A stretch of DNA of 64,000 nucleotides from Patescibacteria group bacterium (GTDB taxonomy: Bacteria; Patescibacteriota; Minisyncoccia; UBA6257; 1-14-0-10-40-38): NCBI GenBank assembly GCA_038064975.1, contig JBBTRX010000007.1:59026-123025 (forward strand), in the 5' to 3' direction. Numbering within the stretch: the first letter of the stretch is position 1; each line of letters starts with the position of its first letter. Under the pieces are notes generated by a model. That model did not search any database, had not been told where the DNA came from, and was given only the letters and a program-made list of their open reading frames with translations. Positions 1 to 9,024 of the stretch are shown piece by piece. A program made the position numbers and the translations under genes.

Positions 1-156
1 AAAAACTTCATTGATGTCTGGAGCTACTTGGGCTGTTAAATTTTCGCGCGGAACAAAAGAAAGGTGTTCCCATCCGCGAAAAAAGAAAAAAGAAAATCCT
101 GCAATAAAAATCGCAAGAAAAAGAAAAAATGGCGCGAGAGGATGATTCTTCTGCAT
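1..156 (-). CDS. N-terminal part of a membrane-anchored/secreted protein (runs off the window)
   Basis: Manual translation MQKNHPLAPFFLFLAIFIAGFSFFFFRGWEHLSFVPRENLTAQVAPDINEVF; TATACT 7 nt before the ATG. Confidence 0.6.
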   Translation of the reverse strand, partial: MQKNHPLAPFFLFLAIFIAGFSFFFFRGWEHLSFVPRENLTAQVAPDINEVF

Positions 157-291
157 TGCCTTCAGTATATACGCATATTTATATTTGCCTCATATAAAAT
201 TGTTAATAACTTAGTAACTGAATACTATTTCTCGCTTGATTCCTAGTATTTATAGAAAACAAAATAAAAACTCCACACAAGGTGGAATTTT

Positions 292-340
292 TATTTTGCT
301 CCCGAGCCAGGCCTGCCTGCCGGCAGGCAGGCAGGGATCG
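292..340 (-). repeat. Duplicated tRNA-Asn 3' end (att-like) interrupted by a GC-rich palindrome
   Basis: tattttgctcccgagcc..agggatcg matches 864-888; perfect palindrome gcctgcctgccggcaggcaggc at 311-332. Confidence 0.85.
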
Positions 341-641
341 CCTCTCATTCAGTAGAATGACCTACTGGGTCGATCTTCTGACCTCGAAACCTTCAGCTCC
401 TCCTCGGAGCTTGCGGCCCGCGGTTCGATTCCTAACACAGGAAATTTTCAAACCCTGTCTTGTACGGGGTTTTAAAATTTACTCCCTCTGTTGGATACGT
501 TTAGAACTATGCAGTGGATTAAAATAGCTAATGAATTAGAAGTATCTGGTTTTGTATAAAAAAGGAGACCGCCGTCGATACAGAACGGAAGACCACCGTT
601 ATTTTCCGGGACGGCTTGCGAATGTTGCCTTGAGGTTATGA

Positions 642-779
642 CTAGACTCTAACAACTAAAAGAACCCCGACAACGATAGCAGCGACCGCAGAAATTACCT
701 GTGAATACTTAAACGGAAAAAAATGACTGATACCGAAAGCGAGAAAAAACACAACTTCTGCAATGGTAAGTATTGACAT
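642..779 (-). CDS. Small two-helix membrane protein (45 aa)
   Basis: MSILTIAEVVFFLAFGISHFFPFKYSQVISAVAAIVVGVLLVVRV; upstream TAGAAT and AAAGGTCG motif. Confidence 0.55.
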   Translation of the reverse strand: MSILTIAEVVFFLAFGISHFFPFKYSQVISAVAAIVVGVLLVVRV

Positions 780-908
780 CGAATATGATCAATTAAATTT
801 AATGAACGACCTTTTATTCATTCTAACAAAGAAAAATAAAACACCCCAGCACGTGGGGTATTCTATTTTGCTCCCGAGCCAGGGATCGAACCTGGGACCG
901 TCGCCTTA

Positions 909-1459
909 CACTTGTCCTACTATTACTAATAGGGGTGGACTATATCATCGCCCATGAAGGGCGCGAGGTACTTCGCCTGCATCAATTAATATTTGATCGG
1001 CTACTCCCTTGCGGGATAGTCTCTACACCTTCTCTGATTACTATCAGAGCTTGGCTCGGGATTGCCCTTGGAAAGGGGTTTCCCCGAATTCACCTCGTTT
1101 GCAACCTAGATTGCTCTAGGAGGCTGCGTTATGCCGGCTTCCACTTCGCGATGACAATTGGCGCATATCAGGATACATTTATCGAGTTCTGATCTCACCC
1201 TCTCCCATGATCTGGTATAACCTTTATCTCCTACGCCGAAATCTTTTTCAGCTGGATTCAGGTGGTGAAAATCAAGAGCTCCTTGATATTTTTCGTATCC
1301 GCATATCTGGCATTGCCCGCCTTTGTAGGCAATAGCCATTGTTTTGATTTTGCGCCGGCGTTTTGCCACTGCACGAATAAGTTCTTCTCGCCGATCGGCA
1401 TATGTCCGCTTGTCAGCCATATATGGTAATTTTACCATTTTATAAGCCAAAGCGTGTTC
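909..1459 (-). ncRNA. Group I intron in the tRNA-Asn anticodon (between positions 35 and 36)
   Basis: 5' exon ends in U and intron ends in G; P7 elements GUAGAGACUA (about 1017-1026) and GAUAUAGUCC (about 937-946). Confidence 0.88.
1106..1420 (-). CDS. Intron-encoded HNH endonuclease (putative homing endonuclease)
   Basis: CQICG...LDFHH...K...LICANCHRE zinc-binding HNH motif, inside the intron. Confidence 0.85.
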   Translation of the reverse strand: MADKRTYADRREELIRAVAKRRRKIKTMAIAYKGGQCQICGYEKYQGALDFHHLNPAEKDFGVGDKGYTRSWERVRSELDKCILICANCHREVEAGITQPPRAI

Positions 1460-1559
1460 ACAGGGCGCCGCTCTACCGCTGAGCTACTCGGGAATATTGA
1501 GTTATAGGCTGTTTTGTAAACAGCGTTACTATTATAATGAACTATACTTAAATCGCAAT

Positions 1560-1838
1560 ATGTTCAAACACATTAACGTTTCAATCATCGGGGATGTCCA
1601 GGGAGTATTTTTCCGCCGGACGGTCAAGCACGAGGCGAGCCGGCAAGGCATTAGTGGCTTTATTCGGAACGAGCAGGATGGAACGGTATACATGGAAGCT
1701 GAAGGACCAGAAGAAATCATTGATATTTTTTCGGCGTGGCTCAAGAGCGGAGCTGGCGAAGGAACACACGCGATTAAAACTATTGATATCGTAGATGGAT
1801 CATTCAAGGCATTTGAAGGATTTGAGATTAAAGAATAA
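1560..1838 (+). CDS. acyP: Acylphosphatase
   Basis: GDVQGVFFR and GFIRNEQDGTV motifs. Confidence 0.9.
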   Translation: MFKHINVSIIGDVQGVFFRRTVKHEASRQGISGFIRNEQDGTVYMEAEGPEEIIDIFSAWLKSGAGEGTHAIKTIDIVDGSFKAFEGFEIKE

Positions 1839-1874
1839 GAAGCTTCGCCGCAGGCCTGGCTTGGAAGCCAATAC

Positions 1875-2609
1875 ATGAAGAACCCTCTTATCATAATCGC
1901 GATTGTAATCCTCGTTATCGTTGCCTATGATGCGATTCGGATATTTTTTCTATCTCAAAAAACGGCGACTTTAGAGCAATCCCCTTTTAATCGCAAGATC
2001 AGAAACGCCATATTTAGGATCCTGGTGCTGGGCGATAGCACGGCTGTAGGGATAGGAGCCGAGAGGCCCGAGGACTCGACTGCAGGCAGGCTTGCTCAAC
2101 TGTATCCTGGCGCTGAAGTTATAAACCTTGCTATGAGCGGACAGCGCATTTCAGGTCTTGAGGAAATTTTAGCAAAAAGAGAAGATGAGCATTTTGATAT
2201 CGTACTTATACAAATAGGAGCAAATGACATTATACGACTGACCTCGATGGAAGATATTGAGTCGGGAATCGAGAGTATACTTACAAGGAGCAAGAAGTTT
2301 GGTGGCAAGATTATCTTTCTTCATTCTGGCAACGTTGGAGATGCAAAATTTTTTCCTTGGTATGTGCGGCCCATTCTTTCAAAGAGAAGTTTACAGGTCC
2401 GAGATATATATAAAAGAAAAGCTTCCGTGCACGGGGTCCTGTACGTTGACCTCATTGACTCTCAGGTTTCAGAAAAATTCAAAGAGAGTCCTGATCTATA
2501 CTATGCAAGCGATTTATTGCACCTCTCAAGTGAAGGATATGCTCTCTGGTATGAAGAAATAGCAAATAAACTCCAGGCGGACGGTAATGAAAGCGGCCGA
2601 GAGCAATAG
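1875..2609 (+). CDS. SGNH/GDSL hydrolase, membrane-anchored
   Basis: LGDST, GAND and DLLH blocks; N-terminal TM helix. Confidence 0.9.
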   Translation: MKNPLIIIAIVILVIVAYDAIRIFFLSQKTATLEQSPFNRKIRNAIFRILVLGDSTAVGIGAERPEDSTAGRLAQLYPGAEVINLAMSGQRISGLEEILAKREDEHFDIVLIQIGANDIIRLTSMEDIESGIESILTRSKKFGGKIIFLHSGNVGDAKFFPWYVRPILSKRSLQVRDIYKRKASVHGVLYVDLIDSQVSEKFKESPDLYYASDLLHLSSEGYALWYEEIANKLQADGNESGREQ

Positions 2610-2623
2610 CACGAAACTGATAT

Positions 2624-3043
2624 ATGGCAGAATTAAAAACAAAAGCTACAAAAGAAAGTGTTACAAGATTTTTGAATTCTATCGAACCTAAAGAAAAACG
2701 ATCCGACAGCTTTGTCCTCGTTGGACTGTTTCAAAAAATTACAGGCGAAAAGCCAGTTATGTGGGGGTCAAGTATAGTAGGTTTTGGAACGTATCACTAT
2801 CAGTCGGAAAGAAGCACGCAGAAAGGCGACTGGCCTTTGGCAGCATTTTCGCCGCGAAAACAAAGTCTGACGCTGTATGTTATGGAGGGTAATAAAGATA
2901 GTCAAGAATTATTTAAAAAATTAGGGAAATATAAAACAAGTCTTGCTTGTCTATATATTAATAAACTTTCTGATGTAAACCAAAAAGTACTTATAACACT
3001 TATCAAAAAATCATTTCAATATATGCAGAAGGTTCATAAATAA
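2624..3043 (+). CDS. DUF1801/YdhG-like protein
   Basis: MWGSSIVGFGTYHY, FSPRKQ and LGKYKTSLACLYINKLSD motifs. Confidence 0.85.
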   Translation: MAELKTKATKESVTRFLNSIEPKEKRSDSFVLVGLFQKITGEKPVMWGSSIVGFGTYHYQSERSTQKGDWPLAAFSPRKQSLTLYVMEGNKDSQELFKKLGKYKTSLACLYINKLSDVNQKVLITLIKKSFQYMQKVHK

Positions 3044-3051
3044 TAATCCTC

Positions 3052-3303
3052 ATGGATCCCAACCCAACCAAAAAAGGCTCGGTCCACAAACTGCCGACGG
3101 ATTTACGAAAGGCTATTACTTCTTCTTCGGCAGCGCGAACACTATGGGAGGATATTACACCACTTGCACGTAATGAATGGATCTGCTGGGTCATCTCCGG
3201 CAAAAAAGCGGAGACGAGAAATATCCGTATAGAGAAAGCACTTTCAAAGCTTAAAGGCGGAATGCGTAGGCCTTGCTGTTGGGCCGGTTGCCCCCATCGT
3301 TAA
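3052..3303 (+). CDS. YdeI/OmpD-associated family protein
   Basis: LPTDL...W..ITPLARNEWICWV...KKAETR..R. Confidence 0.8.
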   Translation: MDPNPTKKGSVHKLPTDLRKAITSSSAARTLWEDITPLARNEWICWVISGKKAETRNIRIEKALSKLKGGMRRPCCWAGCPHR

Positions 3304-3343
3304 AAATAGAATTGTTGTATGTAGAAAAAACCGACGCGAATTT

Positions 3344-6300
3344 TTAAGGAATAACGTTGTAAAACGAATGAATGCTGTTTTGTGTTTCTGCGTCTACTAT
3401 GCCGGTTTCGGATAATTTATTTTTCTTTTGGAAACGAATCACTGCCTGGCGCGTCAGATTGCCATAGTACCCGCTCACCGTTCCCTCGGGATAGATAATT
3501 TTATTTTGCGCCAAATACAGTTGAAGGAGCATTACGTCCTCACCGGAGGAACCCACTAGTAATACCCGTGAGAATGGCTTATCGGTAAGTCCTCCCCCTT
3601 TGCACCCTAATGTATTCATATACATTCGTGTTGAAGCGCCAAAAATTCCCGTCCCCCCTCCTGCAGGAATACCAACCGGAATAAGGATTTCTGTCGCATG
3701 CGTATTTTGAAGTTCTTTTAAAGCAGCTGCAGTTAGTGAACCGAAGAACGTTGTCTCCTTACCCGACGATCCTGTACCAGAAGAAGCTATGATGAATCCT
3801 TGTGCATTTAAACATTGTTGGAGAACTTTCACATCGTTTCCTGTATCCCCCGTTCGCAAACTACGTGTAAATGTAAACGAACCTCCGGCACTTTTAGTCG
3901 TCGCATCAATGACGTTTGAATATTCAGAATCTCCCGCACTGTTGTATGCGCGAATGCGAAAGTAGTACTTCGTGTTAGCGGTAAGACTTTTCTCGTTCCA
4001 GAAATAATAATGCGGCGGCAAGTCGCGGATTTGCGCGAAGTTCGTTCCATTAGTACTCATTTCAAGCTTATATCCCGTTTGCCCTTCCGAACCGCCTTTC
4101 CAAAACAAGCGAATCTCGTTTTCTGAAATAGCATAAGCAGTCACGTTACTCGGTGACTCCGAAAGAATTGAGTTTACGGGCGGAGGAAGCAAAGCTGTGT
4201 CGCAATTTTGAGTAGGAGTGAACGCCACTATTTCCGAATACGCTTGCGCTGCGGAATAGAGCACGCGCACGGAATACGATTGCCCGCTTACCAATACGAG
4301 CGGCTGGGTTATCACCGTCGGCACGAAGCCCTGAGGCACAATCGCCACGAGCGTCCCTGCCGGAACAAATTTATACCAAAAGCCATTCACCCAATTTCCA
4401 TCAGTATCAATATCAACATAAAATCCTTGCGCGCCAGAGGATCCGTTTTCTAGCCATGAAACTGTTGCTTCCGTTGCGCTTCCGGAACAGAACGTGGACA
4501 CCGTGGGCGGAGAGAGTGGATCTCCCGGTGGCGGAGGTGGTGGAGGTGGTGGTGACGGAGCGCTATCGTTGTCTAATAGAGTAACTGTCCCCGTATTTGA
4601 AGAACTGGTTGTATACCCAGCGCTTGGCACAATCATTACCGTCACGCTTTCCGTATTCTCAACATTCACATCATTAATCGGAATGACATCAACTAAAACA
4701 GATGATTGATTGGCAGCAATCACAGGTGAAGTAATAATTGTCTGATAGTCCACACCATTCGTTGCTGTTCCACTAATGGAAATGACGATAGGCAGAGCGT
4801 TTGCAGTGCTTCCTGTGCGCGAAATAGTGAATAGTCCGGTATCCGAGCCAGCTTCTGATGCAGTCGCGTCTGTTGTAGAGATAGAAACAGCCGGTAAAGA
4901 AACCGCTGTTTCAAATCCAGAGCGAATGTAATTGTTTACGTTTGCTGCAGTATACGCATCATTCCAATTCCCTTTTGATTGTTGGAGAGCTCCAGTAATA
5001 AACGCGCTGTAAGTCCCCACTCCGCCTATGCTTGCGTTATACGTTGCAACGGAACGCATTGGGTCCAAGTAGGTTTGCTTCAACACTCCTGACGTAGTAT
5101 CTCCCACTTGGTTTTTCCAAAAGCCAAGCGTTTGAAGTGTTTGGTTTATCGTCGTCCACTTTGTAGCGCCACTATCGGGAGTACTAGAATAAAAAGTATT
5201 ATTACTACTATTAAATTCGCTAAAGCCACCAGACTGCTGATGGTCAAGATGGGGAGTAGTTAAAGAAGAATGTTGGAAATTGTTTCCGCTCAGGGAAATA
5301 TTAGTGACTCGCGGAGCTACACCATCAATCTGCAGGCCGCCACCCCATTCATAGATCGTATTATTCTGAAGAGCGAGATTATGAATACCAAAATCCAATT
5401 GACCATTCTCGCCTTTATGCATCCCTTGCATCGCGATGGCAACGGGCTGCGTACCTAGTACGTTGTTTGCGATGATATTATCCGCGATAGTTCCGGAACT
5501 CACGTTTGAGATAACCATTCCCCATCCACGCTTCTCTGAGGAGTTAATATTTTTTCCATCCAGAATAACATTATCTTGAATATCAATCATTACCCCATTT
5601 GCCGCTGGACTATTACCTCCACCTGCAACAAATGCAATACTATTTCGAACAAAAAGATTATTTTCTATCACGCCGCCCGAACGCATTTGTGCGCCATGAG
5701 AAGATCCGTCCGCTATAATGTTTCCGCGCAAGATGACGCCCGAGTTGCCGTTATCAATATAAATATTATGGCTAAAGATATCCGCACCGGCACCCGCAAC
5801 CGTTTCGCTCCAGCCATTGTGATAAAAAACATTTTCTTCCATCAACAAACCCTGCACGTCATATGCATACATTCCCTGTGAGCTTCCGTTCACCGAATGC
5901 ACGGTATAAGAATTCAGGATGACCGAGCGCCTCAATGTATAATTTTGAAGACTTCCGCCAAAACCCTGAAAAACAATGCCGGTACGATATCCTTCAATTT
6001 TGAAGTCTTCAAAAAGAATATTAGAACCAGGTTGCAGGAAAGACACTCCAGCCTCATTACCATTTGCTCCATCATAGGTATCGGCTAAAAAATGTAATCC
6101 CGTAAAAGCGACATTAGTAATAGTAGGCGGAGAGCCGCCTCCGTTATTAGTCCACACTGCCCCTCCAGTACCAGTCTTAAGCAAAGGCCGCACTGAACTC
6201 ACGCCATAGGAAGATATGAGCATTGGCTCTGATGCAGATCTTCCGGACATTTTCCATTGCCCGAGCGATTCATTAAAAACATCTCCTCTTTTCAGTAACA

Positions 6301-6586
6301 GCCCATCAGGATAGCCATGTCGCAACAAGGATTTACCTGCGCTGATTGTCTTTTTTGCCGTTCCTTCGCTTAACCCATCATTTGTATCGCTTCCCGTAGA
6401 TGAGCTCACATACACAACTCTTGTGTCCGCGCTCGGAGAAAATTCTGTCCATCCGGAACCGGACGACGAACCTAATTGAGCGAGAAGCACCTCATTGCCA
6501 TTTGGAAAACTAGAAACGTAAGTACTATAGAGAAAGGCCACGACACCGATTATGGCTACGAATGTTAAATTTTTCCGGTTAACCAT
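3344..6586 (-). CDS. Large secreted protein: beta-helix, Calx-beta-like, poly-Pro linker, FN3 and two peptidoglycan-binding domains
   Basis: Signal peptide; IENNLF/IADNII beta-helix repeats; GTATNGVDY..INDVNVENTES; YYFRIRAYNSAGDS; GxDVxxLQ...G.YGNLTRQAVIRFQ. Confidence 0.8.
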   Translation of the reverse strand: MVNRKNLTFVAIIGVVAFLYSTYVSSFPNGNEVLLAQLGSSSGSGWTEFSPSADTRVVYVSSSTGSDTNDGLSEGTAKKTISAGKSLLRHGYPDGLLLKRGDVFNESLGQWKMSGRSASEPMLISSYGVSSVRPLLKTGTGGAVWTNNGGGSPPTITNVAFTGLHFLADTYDGANGNEAGVSFLQPGSNILFEDFKIEGYRTGIVFQGFGGSLQNYTLRRSVILNSYTVHSVNGSSQGMYAYDVQGLLMEENVFYHNGWSETVAGAGADIFSHNIYIDNGNSGVILRGNIIADGSSHGAQMRSGGVIENNLFVRNSIAFVAGGGNSPAANGVMIDIQDNVILDGKNINSSEKRGWGMVISNVSSGTIADNIIANNVLGTQPVAIAMQGMHKGENGQLDFGIHNLALQNNTIYEWGGGLQIDGVAPRVTNISLSGNNFQHSSLTTPHLDHQQSGGFSEFNSSNNTFYSSTPDSGATKWTTINQTLQTLGFWKNQVGDTTSGVLKQTYLDPMRSVATYNASIGGVGTYSAFITGALQQSKGNWNDAYTAANVNNYIRSGFETAVSLPAVSISTTDATASEAGSDTGLFTISRTGSTANALPIVISISGTATNGVDYQTIITSPVIAANQSSVLVDVIPINDVNVENTESVTVMIVPSAGYTTSSSNTGTVTLLDNDSAPSPPPPPPPPPGDPLSPPTVSTFCSGSATEATVSWLENGSSGAQGFYVDIDTDGNWVNGFWYKFVPAGTLVAIVPQGFVPTVITQPLVLVSGQSYSVRVLYSAAQAYSEIVAFTPTQNCDTALLPPPVNSILSESPSNVTAYAISENEIRLFWKGGSEGQTGYKLEMSTNGTNFAQIRDLPPHYYFWNEKSLTANTKYYFRIRAYNSAGDSEYSNVIDATTKSAGGSFTFTRSLRTGDTGNDVKVLQQCLNAQGFIIASSGTGSSGKETTFFGSLTAAALKELQNTHATEILIPVGIPAGGGTGIFGASTRMYMNTLGCKGGGLTDKPFSRVLLVGSSGEDVMLLQLYLAQNKIIYPEGTVSGYYGNLTRQAVIRFQKKNKLSETGIVDAETQNSIHSFYNVIP

Positions 6587-6719
6587 AAATAGATGTGAGA
6601 GAATTCGAGGACGCTTGTCGTTTCTACCAGCATAACTCTTATCTATCGCTTTCCATATTTTTAATATGCACAGTTATGAATATTCGTTTCACGTCGGAAA
6701 AATATGTATAATAAAACAT

Positions 6720-6896
6720 ATGAGTAACCACACTAATCAAGGAGGAAATATGGTTTATTGTTTAGGGCTTATCGGCGCTCTCATTTATTTTATCGGTCAA
6801 GCAACAACATTTTGGATGGGAGTTATAGGAGCTTTGAAAGCTTTGGTATGGCCTGCATTTTTTGTGTATTATGCGTTGGATTTCTTATTTAAGTAA
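6720..6896 (+). CDS. Small membrane protein
   Basis: Two hydrophobic segments; TATAAT 7 nt upstream of the ATG. Confidence 0.7.
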   Translation: MSNHTNQGGNMVYCLGLIGALIYFIGQATTFWMGVIGALKALVWPAFFVYYALDFLFK

Positions 6897-6902
6897 CTCT
6901 CC

Positions 6903-7445
6903 CTATCTCATCTGCTTCTCTTTACTATCCACTACGCTAATTATTGTTGATGGTTTTCCGTTCAGTTCTCCCTTATCAATAATGAATGATACATTTGCGC
7001 CAAAGTATTTTTTTGCTTCTTCAATAGTTTTCGCCGGCGGCTCACCCTCCAGGTTTGCGCTTGGAGCAACGATGGGGCCCGTTTCCCGCAGGAATTCAAT
7101 AAGCCATTTTTGTTTAGGTAAACGGAAAGCGATACTTCCGGTTCCCCTATGCAGATATGAAAAAGATTTGCTCTCGCACGGTACAACGATACTTACCGGT
7201 CCAGGCCAATATTTTTTAAAAATTTCTTTGGTTACTGCATCAGGTTTAATATTGAACTTTTCTATATCACTCTCTGTACTGATTAATACAATGAGAGGCT
7301 TACGCGAATCTCTTTTCTTAAGCTGATAGATCCGTTCAACTGCCGAAGGTGAAAACGCAGAACAAACCAGACCGTAGATCGTGTCGGTCGGGATAACTCC
7401 AATTTCTCCATTTTTAATCAGTTCAACCTCTTTGCTGTATTCCAT
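6903..7445 (-). CDS. tsaC: L-threonylcarbamoyladenylate synthase (TsaC/Sua5 YrdC domain)
   Basis: PTDTIYGL, KKRDSRKPL and SANLEG motifs. Confidence 0.92.
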   Translation of the reverse strand: MEYSKEVELIKNGEIGVIPTDTIYGLVCSAFSPSAVERIYQLKKRDSRKPLIVLISTESDIEKFNIKPDAVTKEIFKKYWPGPVSIVVPCESKSFSYLHRGTGSIAFRLPKQKWLIEFLRETGPIVAPSANLEGEPPAKTIEEAKKYFGANVSFIIDKGELNGKPSTIISVVDSKEKQMR

Positions 7446-7588
7446 ATATATAGCGATCCTAGCAAAGCAATCTATGTGGCGTCTACTGGGGAGTTCTAAT
7501 TCCGTAAGTATTTGGTGTTAGAATTTTTTAAGCGGATATGATACTTTCAAATTAGTTCCCCCACCACTGTACAACCAGGAGCATAGCG

Positions 7589-7801
7589 ATGTGCGGAAGA
7601 GACAATGATGTAGTCGAGCGTCGCTGTAGCGTTTGCCATCAAACGTATTATGGAAGTTTGGGACACATAGGTTGTCCCGCTCAAAGGAGGAAAAACCCCC
7701 AACAAGCGGCGGAACAAGAGCAAGGACTATCAGTTCTCGAAATCGATGAAGCCCTCGATAAGGCGGTGAGGAGAGTCACTGGACCACCCCATCATCACTA
7801 G
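7589..7801 (+). CDS. Hypothetical protein with possible Zn-binding motif
   Basis: AGGAG SD; CSVC...H..C; downstream hairpin plus U tract. Confidence 0.55.
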   Translation: MCGRDNDVVERRCSVCHQTYYGSLGHIGCPAQRRKNPQQAAEQEQGLSVLEIDEALDKAVRRVTGPPHHH

Positions 7802-7894
7802 TCTTCTCAGTTTTCTCAATGAGCACCTGGCTGACCATGTGCTCTTTTTTTTATCTTCACAGATTTTTTATCTTTCATTGGTAATCTTTAATTC

Positions 7895-8026
7895 ATGAAA
7901 ACAGTTACCACAATTCTCATTGTTGTAATAGTACTCGGTTTCGGATATTGGCTTTTTAGCCGTTATCTCGTCTCCAAACTAGACGGCAGTGGAGTTCGTA
8001 TTGAACAAATACGGACATATGTTTAG
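7895..8026 (+). CDS. Small single-TM protein (43 aa)
   Basis: MKTVTTILIVVIVLGFGYWLFSRYLVSKLDGSGVRIEQIRTYV, translated manually. Confidence 0.45.
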   Translation: MKTVTTILIVVIVLGFGYWLFSRYLVSKLDGSGVRIEQIRTYV

Positions 8027-8114
8027 TAACTGCCTTCTCTAGGGAAATATATCAAGAAGATAAAATTCACGGCCGATTCACTCGTTAAGAGCTATACATT
8101 GAAGACCTAGGATC

Positions 8115-8984
8115 ATGAACAGGATCTTCCATCATCGGTTATTCTTCCCCATAGCACTTATCGTGCTTGTTGCTGTTTATTCTCTTGTCGTGTGGGGACC
8201 GGCCTTGGGAGAGCAATCAGATCCGCCATCTTTTCCAGCAAATATTGCGGAAAAGCAGGAAGACGACTCAATCACTATTCCATCTACTCCAAAACCAGTA
8301 CTTTTCCGCTACGTAGAAATTATAGATAGCTGTGGGCCCCATTATAATGGAGCCTGCGTTAATATGCGTTCCGGACCCGGAGAAACCTATCCCGTCGTTA
8401 GCAAACTCCGTACTGGCATGGTGCTGAAAGTTAAAGACAGCGTTACCACAGAAGGAGGTAAGACCTGGTACGAACTTCTACCCGATGATCATGTACGCTA
8501 TCCGGAACGGGTAACGTCAGATTGGTATGTCTCCGCTGAGGTCGTGCGCGTATTTTATGATGACGGAAGTCATACGCTTCAACGAGGAGGAACCGGATCA
8601 ACGATCGTAAAAACTATCGTTATCAATCGTTCTCTTCAAGAGCTCTACGCGTATGAAAATGGAACTTTAGTAATGCAAATACCTATTTCCACCGGAAAGG
8701 AATTTACTCCCACTCCTCGCGGCACATTTACGGTATACAAGATGACACCGAGCCGCTACATGCAGGGCCCATTGCCTGGCATCAGCGATCAGTACTACGA
8801 CTTGCCCGGCGTCCCTTGGAATCTGTACTTTACGAACGGCGGCGCAGCTATTCACGGCGCGTATTGGCACGATAATTTTGGGCAACCTTGGTCACACGGA
8901 TGCGTCAATCTTCCGCTTGACAAAGCGAAAGAACTTTACCTTTGGGCTGAAGCTGGCATGTCCGTGACGGTGAAAGATTCATGA
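8115..8984 (+). CDS. L,D-transpeptidase family protein with SH3b-like domain
   Basis: VNMRSGPG (SH3); TPRG, AIHGAYWH and SHGCVN (YkuD). Confidence 0.9.
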   Translation: MNRIFHHRLFFPIALIVLVAVYSLVVWGPALGEQSDPPSFPANIAEKQEDDSITIPSTPKPVLFRYVEIIDSCGPHYNGACVNMRSGPGETYPVVSKLRTGMVLKVKDSVTTEGGKTWYELLPDDHVRYPERVTSDWYVSAEVVRVFYDDGSHTLQRGGTGSTIVKTIVINRSLQELYAYENGTLVMQIPISTGKEFTPTPRGTFTVYKMTPSRYMQGPLPGISDQYYDLPGVPWNLYFTNGGAAIHGAYWHDNFGQPWSHGCVNLPLDKAKELYLWAEAGMSVTVKDS

Positions 8985-9024
8985 AGAAACTTGCTCATAA
9001 TTTCTACATGTGAAAGCATGATGA

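Larger units (their letters stand above)
871..1493 (-). tRNA. tRNA-Asn(GTT), intron-split (exons 1460-1493 and 871-908)
   Basis: Joined exons give TCCCGAG TA GCTC AGCGGTA GAGC G GCGCC CTGT^TAA GGCGA CGGTC CCAGG TTCGATC CCTGG CTCGGGA G; CCA not encoded. Confidence 0.93.

Noticed and set aside
405-436. Second tRNA (GGTTCGATTCC T-loop-like sequence on +)
   Set aside because: No D arm, anticodon arm or acceptor stem can be built; it pairs instead with agggatcg at 333-340
282-527. 81-aa ORF containing PACRQAG
   Set aside because: It is a translation of the tRNA-end duplicate and palindrome; no credible coding signal
935-1192. 85-aa plus-strand ORF
   Set aside because: Antisense to the group I intron core
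4528-4556. GGT/GGA microsatellite as a phase-variation tract
   Set aside because: In-frame poly-proline linker with mixed codons
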